Source: a virus
Length of the DNA: 64,000 nucleotides
Virus record (IMG/VR): IMGVR_UViG_3300017987_000073
Location: 16,563 to 80,562 of that record
Strand: one strand, 5' to 3'
The position numbers were made by a program, and so were the translations under genes. The notes under the pieces are model-generated. The model searched no databases. It worked only from the letters and a program-made list of their open reading frames with translations, and was not told the origin of the DNA. Shown here piece by piece: positions 43,646 through 52,933 of the stretch (position 1 is its first letter; each line of letters starts with the position of its first letter).

Positions 43646-46594
43646 TTAAGGCCACTCCGCGCACTCGTTGGAATCCGGTGGATCCCCGTCCGGCGGCGGT
43701 CCGATCCGAGCGTACTCGTGGGGGCAGACCGAGACGTCCACCAGTCTGCACGTCGCCTCCTGCCCGGTCAACGACGCGATCGCCAGCTTCCCCTCGTGTC
43801 TCTCGTCGTTCGTCGCCTCGAGCACCTTGTCGCCGTCCAGGAACCCCTTGATCAGGAGCGTCGGACCGGCGACTATCTCGGTCTGTACCATCAGATTGTA
43901 GTAGATATCCTCCCGGAAGTTCGCCGGGTAGACCCGCGAGTCGAGCTCGGTCCGCACGCCCCCGATCACCTTGTCCAGGTAGACCTTCCGGTTCGCCCCC
44001 AGCGGGTCGAAACCGATCGCGTGAAAGTTGTCCTCGTCGAGGTAGTCGAAGCGGAGCTCGCATCGACCGCCCGGCACGTCCGAGAACTTCACCTGGATCC
44101 ACGCCGTGAGGTTCGTCCAGTTCGCGTCGAGGTTCGCGTCCGTCTTGAACACGCACCCCGCCGGAAGCGTGATCTCCCCCGCGTCGAAGTCCTCGACCGG
44201 AGTCCCGCTCACCGTGAGCCACGCCCCCGACCGCTTGAACTTGTCCTGAAAGGCGAGCCACCGGACGAAGATACGCTCGTTCGCCGGCCTCATCACCCGA
44301 ACCAGGTTCTCGATCAGGTCGCGGTCGACGTCCCCGTCGTCCACCACCCGCACGTCCGAGCAGAACTCGTCGGGGTCCACCCCGACCCGGAAATCGTTCA
44401 GCGTGTCCGTCGAGAGCGGCGCCGGCAGCCCGAACCCGTCCGTCACGTGGCACCGGTTCGCGCTCCCGTCCCAGAAGGAGTAGACCGTCCGGACCACGTT
44501 CTTCGGGACGTACTTCACCCGCACCCGGTGGGGGACCGCCTCCGTCGTCCCGAGGAGCGTCGAGAGGTCGAAGTCCAGGGTCGGGAGCGGCCCGACGTCG
44601 TCCCAGTGCACTCCCCAGGTCTGCACCGCCGAGACGTCGTTGTAACCGAAGGTGTACCCCGACCAGGCGCTCGCCGCGAACGTCGACGCGTTCACGTTTC
44701 CGAACACGTCGATCCCGTTGATCGACGCCTTGACGTAGGTCCCCGTCCGCTGGATCCTCATCCGGTACGTCTCCCCCGCCACGAACCGGTAGTTGATCGG
44801 ACCGGCTCGCACCGTTCCTCCGGCGTCCACCAGAGCGACCGTCACGTCCGACCACTGGAGGAAGTACTCCCTCACCCCGTCCCCGAGCCCGATCCTCCAC
44901 GGGCGCCCGTTCAGGGAGACCACGTCGGTCCCCGTCCACCTCGCCCCGAACTCCGCCGCCGTCGGGTCCAGCGCGGCGTCCTCCCGCGTGTAGTAACCTC
45001 CCTCGTCGTTCCCCACGTGTTGGTCGTGGTAGAGCCGCCCCGCCGAGAGCGAGAAGTGCGTCCCCTCCGCCCCACCGTTCACCGCGTGGTACGTCCACCC
45101 CGGATCGTCCGCCGAGGGTAGGAGGTCCATCTCGAGCACCCCGTCGACCTCCAGCGCGTCGGGGTACGTCGAGGGACTCATCCCCGGCTCGTCCAGGAGC
45201 CACACGTCCGGGTAGAGCTCGGCGTGACCGATCTCCATCTCCTCGATCAGCACCCGGAAGTGGAACCAATTCAACGTCCGGACCTGCTTCGCGCTCATCG
45301 ACTCGAGCGTCTCGACCAGACCTTTCGACGTCCCCTTGTACTTCCACATCCGCGCCGCGATCGAGATCAAGCGCCGGAGGTCCGCTTCCGCCAGCCCTCC
45401 GGTCAGGTAGTCCAGCTTCGAGGTCAAACCTACGATCCACTTCAGGTACTGGAGCGCGTCCGCCGGCGTCTCCGCCGGGTCGTTGATCTTCATCAGGGAC
45501 TTGATCCGCGCGTAGGTCGCCTCCCACTCCTTCTGAGGCCCGCGGAGCCACCGCCAGACGAGCAGGTCCCCGTAGTGACGATCCAGGTCCCTCATAGACT
45601 GCATCAGGAACCGCCAGATGTCCCACGAGAACTCGGCCTCCGTCGTGAAGCTCCAGCTCTCCGTCGCGCTCAACCCCATCGCGTCCTCGACGTAGACCTG
45701 GACCAGGAACGTCGAGGACCCGTCGACCGGGTCGGTCGGGACCAGCGAGACGTTGTAACCGTTGATCGCGTTCGGGTCGATGACGCTCCCCGACCACGCC
45801 GCGTCCCAGCTCGAGCCGTCGTAGATCTCCTGCCCGTCCCAGTAGACCTTGATCAACACCACCCCGACGTTGTCCCCCACCGCGAACTCGAAGGGCCCGT
45901 CCCGCGGGACGTCCGTCGAGCCCGCCGCCGGGTCCTGGTCCGTCACGTAGGGCGGCGTCGAGTCGAGCTCCTTCGTCTCGAAGGTGTAGGAGTAGCACTC
46001 GAAGAACCGGAGCCCGTCCCAGACCTCCACCCGAACGCTGATCAGGGAGTCGTCCGGGAGGTCGCTCGGCGGCGTCAGCTCGTAGTCGAAGCCGTACTCG
46101 TCGTTCGCCGGCTTCGAGGCGCTCCAGCCGTTCTGAGCGGCCCCGTTCTCGTAGACCGACAACCACCCCCCGCCGCCCCCGTCGTCCACTGAGACCTTCA
46201 CCAGGGTGTCCTCGACCCCGATCGACTCCACGTCCGCGTGGGTCTCCCCCAGGACGTTCACCCCCCGCTTCTCCGTCTCCGGCACGATGTCCCCGAGCGG
46301 AATCACCAGCGAGAGCCCCTGCGGATCCACCTCCGTCTCGCCGGCGTAAGGCGCCAAGCTCGCCGTGATCACGTAGGGGTTGGTCTCCGGAGTCGGAACT
46401 CGCTCGATCGAGAAGCTCGTCGCCTCCCCCACGTACTCCGACCAGATCGGGACCTCCCCCTGCCGCTCCAGGTCCCCGACGAAGAGGTAACTCGCGATCG
46501 TCTCCTCGACGTACTCGTCCCCCCACAGGGGGACCTCACCCTGGCGATCCAGGGTGGCGACGTCGAAGGTCGAGGTTTTTCCGGTCCAGGTCAT
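43646..46594 (-). CDS. baseplate wedge protein (P2 gpI-like domain with Ig-like and lectin-like domains)
   Basis: DPAETPADALQYL.WIVG...RRLI..AARMWKYKGT..GL; Ig-like DSTPPYV...P..G.TDVP. Confidence 0.8.
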   Translation of the reverse strand: MTWTGKTSTFDVATLDRQGEVPLWGDEYVEETIASYLFVGDLERQGEVPIWSEYVGEATSFSIERVPTPETNPYVITASLAPYAGETEVDPQGLSLVIPLGDIVPETEKRGVNVLGETHADVESIGVEDTLVKVSVDDGGGGGWLSVYENGAAQNGWSASKPANDEYGFDYELTPPSDLPDDSLISVRVEVWDGLRFFECYSYTFETKELDSTPPYVTDQDPAAGSTDVPRDGPFEFAVGDNVGVVLIKVYWDGQEIYDGSSWDAAWSGSVIDPNAINGYNVSLVPTDPVDGSSTFLVQVYVEDAMGLSATESWSFTTEAEFSWDIWRFLMQSMRDLDRHYGDLLVWRWLRGPQKEWEATYARIKSLMKINDPAETPADALQYLKWIVGLTSKLDYLTGGLAEADLRRLISIAARMWKYKGTSKGLVETLESMSAKQVRTLNWFHFRVLIEEMEIGHAELYPDVWLLDEPGMSPSTYPDALEVDGVLEMDLLPSADDPGWTYHAVNGGAEGTHFSLSAGRLYHDQHVGNDEGGYYTREDAALDPTAAEFGARWTGTDVVSLNGRPWRIGLGDGVREYFLQWSDVTVALVDAGGTVRAGPINYRFVAGETYRMRIQRTGTYVKASINGIDVFGNVNASTFAASAWSGYTFGYNDVSAVQTWGVHWDDVGPLPTLDFDLSTLLGTTEAVPHRVRVKYVPKNVVRTVYSFWDGSANRCHVTDGFGLPAPLSTDTLNDFRVGVDPDEFCSDVRVVDDGDVDRDLIENLVRVMRPANERIFVRWLAFQDKFKRSGAWLTVSGTPVEDFDAGEITLPAGCVFKTDANLDANWTNLTAWIQVKFSDVPGGRCELRFDYLDEDNFHAIGFDPLGANRKVYLDKVIGGVRTELDSRVYPANFREDIYYNLMVQTEIVAGPTLLIKGFLDGDKVLEATNDERHEGKLAIASLTGQEATCRLVDVSVCPHEYARIGPPPDGDPPDSNECAEWP

Positions 46595-46603
46595 CTAAGC
46601 CTC

Positions 46604-48541
46604 TCAGTGCTGCGGCGTCACCTCGGGCCACTCGAAGGCGATCCCGTCCCTGAAGTGAATGAAGTCCGACGCCCCCGAGCTCGCCTCGTCGAACGTCGTC
46701 CGGTCCCCGATCCCCTCGCGCACCGAGTAAAGTCCGGAGATCTTCCCGACGATGCTGTACAGGTTGTTCTCGTTCTGCGGGTCCGCGATCACGTAGGTCC
46801 CGGCGATCACGTCCTCCTGGGTGAAGCCCGACGCGTTCGAGCGCCGCGCGTTGCTCTCCCTCGAGCTCCACTGCGTCAGCGTGTCCGAGTACCCCGAGGC
46901 GCTCAGGTCCGCCATCCAGAGGTCCACTTGCCCGGCGCGGTCCCACCACTGGTACCCGTGCCCGACGTTCCGGCCCTCGACGTCGTACCCCCGGTTGAAC
47001 CGGTCCTCCGTCGCCTCGTAATCCGACCCCTTGCACCCCATCAGAGCCACCTGCTCCGCCGTCGCGAGCCCGTAGTCCGCCGGGATCAAGTTCGAAACGA
47101 TCGCCCCCAGGTACTGACCCCCCGTGTCGTTGTGAACCGCCACCGTGAGGTACTCGCCGGCGTCGTCCCCGAACGCGTAGAGCCAGAGGTCGTTGGAGGC
47201 GTCCGCCCCGAACTTCACCGGCCCGATCACCTTCCCCGACCCCGGAGTCCAGTCCGCGTTGGTCGAGACCCGGAACTCCAGGTGCTGGTACCCACCCTCC
47301 GCGCTCCCGCGGTAGGCGACCTCCACCTCCCATCCGTTGGCGTGCGGCGTCCGACACCGGAAGAAGTTCCCGTCCATCGACCCCATCGTACCGCCGCTCA
47401 TCCCGGAGACCCCGAACCGGGAGCTCTCGATCGTCTTGTTCCCGTGCGCCCCGTCGTAGTCGTTCGAGAGGTTCACCGTCGAGCCCGAGCGATTCGCCGA
47501 CAGCCAGTTGTGACCGTTGTACGAGTTCTTGATCATCTCCGCGATCTCGGAGGCGTCGTCGTAGTCCGGGTCCGCCACGTTGTCCACCGCGTAGTGGTCC
47601 TGCGCCAGGCTCGGGTTGTTCTTGTCCCCCGTCCCGGTCAGCCCGAGCTCGGTCCACGCCGTGCTCCCGCTGTAGGTCAGCGTGACGTTGTTCCCGTCCG
47701 AGCTCGGCGGGTCGTTCGGCTTTCCCCAGACGCTCCCGAGGTAGGTCCTCCACGTGAGGTGCTTCCCGTTCGAGTCCTCGTACCCCTTCGAGGTCGAGAG
47801 GTGGCACACCGTCTGTCCCGCCGCCGCGTTGATCTGCGAGACGATCTGCGCCCCCGTGAGCGGCGAACTTCCCGTGAAGGTGCACACCTTCGAGACCCCG
47901 CCGACCGAGAAGTTCAGCACCTTCCCCACAAGGTCGTTGTAGAACTCGAAGGGTTCCTCCGCGATCACCCCGCCCCTCCACTGGTTCGGGGAGTACGTCC
48001 CGGGGTCCTGCCGCGAGAAGATCACCACCTTCGCGTCGTTGATCGTGTCGCCGTCGTCCACCCGGATCCAGTCCCCGTCGGAGACCGTCGTCCCGTCCTT
48101 CCCCGTGATCGTTCCCGTCGCCGCCGCCGGCGTCCCCGAAATCACCCACCACGAGACCCCCGTCGTCTGCGCCGGGTACTCCGCCGCGCCCGAGCGGAAG
48201 TCCACCGTGATCCGCGTCGCGTCCGTGTACCCCGTGATCAGGTAGATCCCCGCGTTCAAGCGGTTCGCATCCGCCACCACGAGCCACGCGTTCACCATCC
48301 CCGCCGTGAACCCCGACGCCACCGTGTCCCGGAAGTCCTTGTCCGTCCCCGAGATGTTGAACTCCCCGTTCGTCCCGCTCGCCTCCTCCGTCTTGAAGTC
48401 CTCGTCCGACGACCCGTTGACGTAGTCCGTGAATCCGCAGATCTCGGTCAGGAAGTAGGCGAGACACCTCACCAAGAAGGGCGCCCCCGTCCCCGCCCCC
48501 GAGTTGCTGTCCTTGATCTCTCTGAGCCAGGTCGAGCTCAT
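46604..48541 (-). CDS. tail-associated structural protein, paralogue 4
   Basis: Shares N- and C-terminal motifs with the three upstream genes. Confidence 0.7.
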   Translation of the reverse strand: MSSTWLREIKDSNSGAGTGAPFLVRCLAYFLTEICGFTDYVNGSSDEDFKTEEASGTNGEFNISGTDKDFRDTVASGFTAGMVNAWLVVADANRLNAGIYLITGYTDATRITVDFRSGAAEYPAQTTGVSWWVISGTPAAATGTITGKDGTTVSDGDWIRVDDGDTINDAKVVIFSRQDPGTYSPNQWRGGVIAEEPFEFYNDLVGKVLNFSVGGVSKVCTFTGSSPLTGAQIVSQINAAAGQTVCHLSTSKGYEDSNGKHLTWRTYLGSVWGKPNDPPSSDGNNVTLTYSGSTAWTELGLTGTGDKNNPSLAQDHYAVDNVADPDYDDASEIAEMIKNSYNGHNWLSANRSGSTVNLSNDYDGAHGNKTIESSRFGVSGMSGGTMGSMDGNFFRCRTPHANGWEVEVAYRGSAEGGYQHLEFRVSTNADWTPGSGKVIGPVKFGADASNDLWLYAFGDDAGEYLTVAVHNDTGGQYLGAIVSNLIPADYGLATAEQVALMGCKGSDYEATEDRFNRGYDVEGRNVGHGYQWWDRAGQVDLWMADLSASGYSDTLTQWSSRESNARRSNASGFTQEDVIAGTYVIADPQNENNLYSIVGKISGLYSVREGIGDRTTFDEASSGASDFIHFRDGIAFEWPEVTPQH

Positions 48542-48542
48542 C

Positions 48543-49817
48543 TCACACCTCCCCGTTCGAGTATCCCGGCCAGCGGACCACGATCCCGTCCTGGACCATC
48601 ATCCGGTTTCGGGTCCCCCCGACCGAGAGCACCGCGAGCGCGTGCGCCTCGCGGTAGCCGTACCTCCAGTCGATATGAGGGTCGGTCGGGAACGCCCTCG
48701 TCGTCCAGTGTCCGGTCATCTTCCCGAGGAGCGCGTACCGGTTGTCGTAGTTCTGCGGGTCCGCGATCAGGTACGTCCCCTCGAAGAGCTCGAGCTTGCT
48801 CCCGATCCTCCGGTTGTGGTGAATCACGTCGAAGAGGTTCTCGTTCACGAACGAGTCCGCGTACCCCGCCGAGCTCACGTCCACCATGAAGGCGAGTTGC
48901 TGCGACTGCGACAACTCGTCCCAGTAGCGGGCCATACCGACGTACTTCTCGAAGCCCGAATCGTACCCGCGAGAGAAGAGGTCGTAGGGTGGCCCCAACG
49001 ACCCCGCCCCGTTCGACCCGCAGAAGACCAGCTTCTCGTCGTCCACCCGTCCGCTCTCGGTCTCGGTGATTCGGGCGACGATGAACCCCACCGAGCTCGG
49101 CTCGAGCTCCACTCGCCCGTTGTCCTGCTGCGTCCTCCAGCAGTGGAACCATTCCCCGTCGTAGTCCGCCTCCACGTAGAGCTTGTCCCAGGCGCTCCCG
49201 TTGGAGTGACTGAACGAGAAGAGCGGCGAGTCCCCGCTGGCGTCCCCGAGCACCTTCCCGGTCGTCGCCCACTGCCCGTCGACGGACACCTTGAACTGCA
49301 TCTCGAAGTAAAATCCCTCGTAGTGGAGGATCTGGATCGCCCACCCCGTCGTATGCCTCGACTGGAGACGCACCCAGTCGTTCGAGCTCGGGAGCTCCTG
49401 GTCCTCTCCGACGATCCACCAGTTCAGCGAGCTCGCCGCGGTCGGGAACTCGGTGGGCGCCGTCGCGAAGTCGATCTCCACGACCAAGGAACTCACCACC
49501 CGCTTGATCAGATACATCCCGGAGTTCTCCGGGTTGGTGTTGTCCTCGATCAGGATCCACCGCTGAAAGTCCGCCTGAACGAACGACGCCGCCGTCGCAT
49601 CCGTGAAGAGGAAGTCCGTCCCGGAGAGCGCCCCGTTCGTCCCGTTCTTGACCGTCGTCGTCCAGCTCTCCGCCCCCGAGTAGTTCTCCGCCTGGAAAGT
49701 GAACCCCAGGACGTACCGGACGAAACACGCGAACGCCTTGGCGGGCCAACCCTTCAGAGAGTCGTTGTAGAGACGCTCCGTGTTGAACGAGAAGCGCCGA
49801 AGCCACCTGCTAGCCAT
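48543..49817 (-). CDS. tail-associated structural protein, paralogue 3
   Basis: GTNG, NSGMYLI, IADPQN, DGIVVRWP shared with paralogue 4. Confidence 0.7.
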   Translation of the reverse strand: MASRWLRRFSFNTERLYNDSLKGWPAKAFACFVRYVLGFTFQAENYSGAESWTTTVKNGTNGALSGTDFLFTDATAASFVQADFQRWILIEDNTNPENSGMYLIKRVVSSLVVEIDFATAPTEFPTAASSLNWWIVGEDQELPSSNDWVRLQSRHTTGWAIQILHYEGFYFEMQFKVSVDGQWATTGKVLGDASGDSPLFSFSHSNGSAWDKLYVEADYDGEWFHCWRTQQDNGRVELEPSSVGFIVARITETESGRVDDEKLVFCGSNGAGSLGPPYDLFSRGYDSGFEKYVGMARYWDELSQSQQLAFMVDVSSAGYADSFVNENLFDVIHHNRRIGSKLELFEGTYLIADPQNYDNRYALLGKMTGHWTTRAFPTDPHIDWRYGYREAHALAVLSVGGTRNRMMVQDGIVVRWPGYSNGEV

Positions 49818-49820
49818 CGA

Positions 49821-51296
49821 TCAACCTCCTCCGGCCGAATCCCAGCTCGTGTACGGGAACCAGTTCCGGGCCCCGTTCCACGGGATCACGAGCCCGCCGG
49901 CGACGTGGACCCACCAGTCCGACCCCACCTTGAAGAGCCCGAGATGCTGGGTGTGAAAGTTCGTGTAGAAGACGTCCCGGAGCGTTCCGCGGTACTCCAT
50001 GTGACCGGTCGTCCGGGACTCGAGGACGACGTGCGAGCGGTACTGCTTCCCGCTGAACTGACTCCACCGCCGTCGGTGGTTCGCCATCCAGTTCCAGTCG
50101 TTCGTGTTGGTCGGGACCACCGGCGCGTTGAGAAAGTAGGTCAGGGTCGTGGTCTCGTCGTAGGAGAGCCCCACGATCCCGTCGTGCCAGGTGTGCGTCC
50201 CGTACTGGTTCGGACCGATCGGATCGTAGCCGGGGTACCGGTACCGCCCCGCCCCCACGATCACCGGCCGCGGGTCCCGGTCGGGGTAGAACGCGTCGAT
50301 CTCCCCGATCAAGGTGTAGAACCAGGCCATATAACCGTAGTCGGGAAACTTCCACCCCCGGTGGATCAGGGAGAGGTGATACTCGTCCGCCTCCGCCCAG
50401 CAGATCACTCGACTCTGACCGTCGGTCCAGTCCCCGTGATAGGTCTCGGAGGTGTACCTCGAGTCGGTCCAGACGTGCGACCCGTTGTCCCAGGATCCGA
50501 ACGGGCTCATCTCGAACTTGGGGTACCGGCTCCGCGAGGTCGAGTCCACCTCGATCTTCAGGTGGTAATCGTAGGTGATCGCCCAGTCGAACGTCGAAGT
50601 CTCGTTGACGCCCGAGGCGTTCGTGTAGGTGATCTGGGTGGCGGAGACCCGAGACGCGATCGTGAACGTCCCGTTGTTCCCCGGGTTCGTGGCTCCCGAG
50701 ACCGTGATCTCCTTCCCCACGTCCGACGTCTGAAAGTTGGCGCTGGCGTCCGTAAGCGTCGCCACCGACCCCGCCATCGCGATATCGTCCCCGACCCCGA
50801 TCCCCGCCGTCGCTCCCGCCCCCGTGGTTCCCTTCCCGGTCAGCACGACCACGTCCAAGGCGTCCGGGGTGTAGGCGTCCTCGGTTCCCCAGAGCTTCCA
50901 GTCCACCGTCTCGGCCGCCGTGAAGCCGTCTGAGTGAGGCCCCATCCTCCGGTCGATCTTCAGGGTGTAGTCGTTCCCCGCGACCGCGACGAGCTCCAGG
51001 ATCCGATAGACCCCGTCCTCCGTCTCGTCCGTGAATCCGGTCAGGATCAGGTAGCGGTCGACGTCCGCGACCGTGAAGGCGTACCCCGGGGAGGTGACGA
51101 CGATCGTCTCCGCGTCGGAGGTGAGGGCGGAGGCGCTCCCGGTCGCGTAGTAGTTGGACCACTTGGACCCCACCGCCTCGTCGTGGATCGTCCATCCCGC
51201 CACCTGGAGGAACTCCACGATCCACCGGCAGAGCGCCGCCCCGACGTTGCTCGCCGTCTTCTCGAGGTAGATCCCGTTCTGGTATCGTCTGCTCAT
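49821..51296 (-). CDS. tail-associated structural protein, paralogue 2
   Basis: QNG, CRW, SPFGSWD..HVWTDSRY, GEID.F, IPWNG shared with paralogue 1. Confidence 0.7.
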   Translation of the reverse strand: MSRRYQNGIYLEKTASNVGAALCRWIVEFLQVAGWTIHDEAVGSKWSNYYATGSASALTSDAETIVVTSPGYAFTVADVDRYLILTGFTDETEDGVYRILELVAVAGNDYTLKIDRRMGPHSDGFTAAETVDWKLWGTEDAYTPDALDVVVLTGKGTTGAGATAGIGVGDDIAMAGSVATLTDASANFQTSDVGKEITVSGATNPGNNGTFTIASRVSATQITYTNASGVNETSTFDWAITYDYHLKIEVDSTSRSRYPKFEMSPFGSWDNGSHVWTDSRYTSETYHGDWTDGQSRVICWAEADEYHLSLIHRGWKFPDYGYMAWFYTLIGEIDAFYPDRDPRPVIVGAGRYRYPGYDPIGPNQYGTHTWHDGIVGLSYDETTTLTYFLNAPVVPTNTNDWNWMANHRRRWSQFSGKQYRSHVVLESRTTGHMEYRGTLRDVFYTNFHTQHLGLFKVGSDWWVHVAGGLVIPWNGARNWFPYTSWDSAGGG

Positions 51297-51300
51297 CCCG

Positions 51301-52536
51301 TCACCTCACGTAGAAGCACCGGCTCCCGTTCCAGGGGATCGTCATCCCCCCGATCAGGTGGAGGTACTCGTTGTTCAACCCGAAGGGCTCGACCCGCGCG
51401 TGCTCCCGACCGGTCGCCCACACCCGCCGGAGTTTCCCGCGGAGCTCCTGGTAGGAGGAATCCCGGCACTCACAGATCAGGTCGGAGATCAACCGGTCCC
51501 CGGTCAACGCCGAGTAGCGCCGGCGTCGCTGGCTCATCCAGTGGAGGTTGTCGTTCGTCGGCACGTGCGCGAGCATCAGGTGACCGTCCACCGTGGTCAC
51601 GTCGTCGTAAGTGAGCCACTTCCCGCGACCGTTCAGGTTCCCCTGGGCGTCGTACCCGAGGATCCGTGCGTCGTCCTCCCCGGGGTCGATGTTGCAGTAA
51701 TTCGACCCCTCCCAGAGCACGCACGGCTTGGCGTCCTGCGACGCGTGGAAGGTGTCGATCTCCCCGAGGTAGAGGAAGTGCCAGCAGTAATAGCCGTTGT
51801 CGTAGGTCTCCCCGTGACGCTCGAAGCGCACCATCAGGACCATACGGTCGGTGTCCCCGGCCGCCCAGATCCTCGCGCTCGGTTGGTTGTCGATCGAGTT
51901 GTAGTAGTTCGCCCACGCCAGCTCGGAGATGTAGCGCGAGTCGGTCCAGGCGTGCCCGGTGTCGTCCCAGCTCGCGAACGGCGAGAGCTGAAACTTCGGG
52001 AGTCCGAGGGTGTTGGTCCCGTAGGCGTCCACCTCGACCCGCAGGTGGAAGGAGTACCCCGAACCGGTCGTCCCCGTCCCCACGAGCACGAACCAGTCGG
52101 TCGCGTCGGGGAGGTAGGCGTCCTCGTTCCGCCAGAGGTACCAGTTCAACCCGGTGAGGTTGCAGGGGATCCCCGCGCAGTGGACCGAGTACTGGTAGTC
52201 GATCTCCACGATCTTCGTCGTGAGCACGCGCGTGATCCGGTAGATCCCAGCGAACCCCACCGGCGTGATCCCCGGGATCGTGAGGTAGGCCCCCACGTCC
52301 GAGCCCGAGAAGTCGTGAGCGTCCGTCCCGATCGAGAAGCGGTTGACGTACCCCGAGACCGACTGACCGTCCGACCCCGTGGCGACGTGGTTGTCCCACT
52401 TCGAGCCCGACTTGTCGAGGTCCGTCCACCCGAGGACCAGAGTCGCCCACTCGAAGAGCCACCGGCAGATCGCCCGGCCCGTCTGCTGCGACGCGATCGT
52501 CGGGAGGTGGAGTCCGTTCTGGAACTTGTCGCTCAT
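51301..52536 (-). CDS. tail-associated structural protein, paralogue 1
   Basis: QNG, CRW, SPFASWD..HAWTDSRY, GEIDTF, IPWNG. Confidence 0.7.
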   Translation of the reverse strand: MSDKFQNGLHLPTIASQQTGRAICRWLFEWATLVLGWTDLDKSGSKWDNHVATGSDGQSVSGYVNRFSIGTDAHDFSGSDVGAYLTIPGITPVGFAGIYRITRVLTTKIVEIDYQYSVHCAGIPCNLTGLNWYLWRNEDAYLPDATDWFVLVGTGTTGSGYSFHLRVEVDAYGTNTLGLPKFQLSPFASWDDTGHAWTDSRYISELAWANYYNSIDNQPSARIWAAGDTDRMVLMVRFERHGETYDNGYYCWHFLYLGEIDTFHASQDAKPCVLWEGSNYCNIDPGEDDARILGYDAQGNLNGRGKWLTYDDVTTVDGHLMLAHVPTNDNLHWMSQRRRRYSALTGDRLISDLICECRDSSYQELRGKLRRVWATGREHARVEPFGLNNEYLHLIGGMTIPWNGSRCFYVR

Positions 52537-52546
52537 TTAAACCCTC

Positions 52547-52924
52547 CTATCGAGCCCGGTCGGTGGTCACGATATCCTTCGCGCGGAGCACCCCGCAGAG
52601 CGTCCGGAGCACCGCCCCGACCTCGAAGTCTTTGCAGGAGTACAGGTCGAACCGGAACTCCCCGCTCGGCGGAAACGTGTGGATCGACGCGTGCGAAGTG
52701 GTCAGAACCGCGTAACCCGTGATCCCTCCCGGGTCCCTGAACTTCTCCTCCCCGAGCGCCGTCGGATCCTCCGGGACGTCGTAGAGATCCAGGTCGATCA
52801 CCTGCATCTCAGCGACTTTGGCGACCTCCAGGAGGAGGAGCTCGAGCGTCGCCTTGTCCCGCAGCACCTCAGAGGGCGCCACGCCGTCCGCGATCAGGTG
52901 TCTTCCGCTTCGGTTCAGAGTCAT
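52547..52924 (-). CDS. speD: S-adenosylmethionine decarboxylase proenzyme-like
   Basis: GRHLIAD, GGITGYAVLTTSHASIHTFP (pyruvoyl Ser), FDLYSCKDF. Confidence 0.9.
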   Translation of the reverse strand: MTLNRSGRHLIADGVAPSEVLRDKATLELLLLEVAKVAEMQVIDLDLYDVPEDPTALGEEKFRDPGGITGYAVLTTSHASIHTFPPSGEFRFDLYSCKDFEVGAVLRTLCGVLRAKDIVTTDRAR

Positions 52925-52933
52925 ATCCCCCTC

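Noticed and set aside
40035-43649. Very long plus-strand ORFs (also 12803-15484, 48504-50933, 52679-55357, 59637-63092)
   Set aside because: Antisense shadows of high-GC genes; Arg/Pro/Val/Leu-rich, no motifs or RBS, and they mirror well-supported minus-strand genes.
46604-52536. Diversity-generating retroelement or invertible tail-fibre cassette
   Set aside because: No reverse transcriptase, no near-identical TR/VR pair, all genes co-oriented, and the recombinase is 17 kb away.
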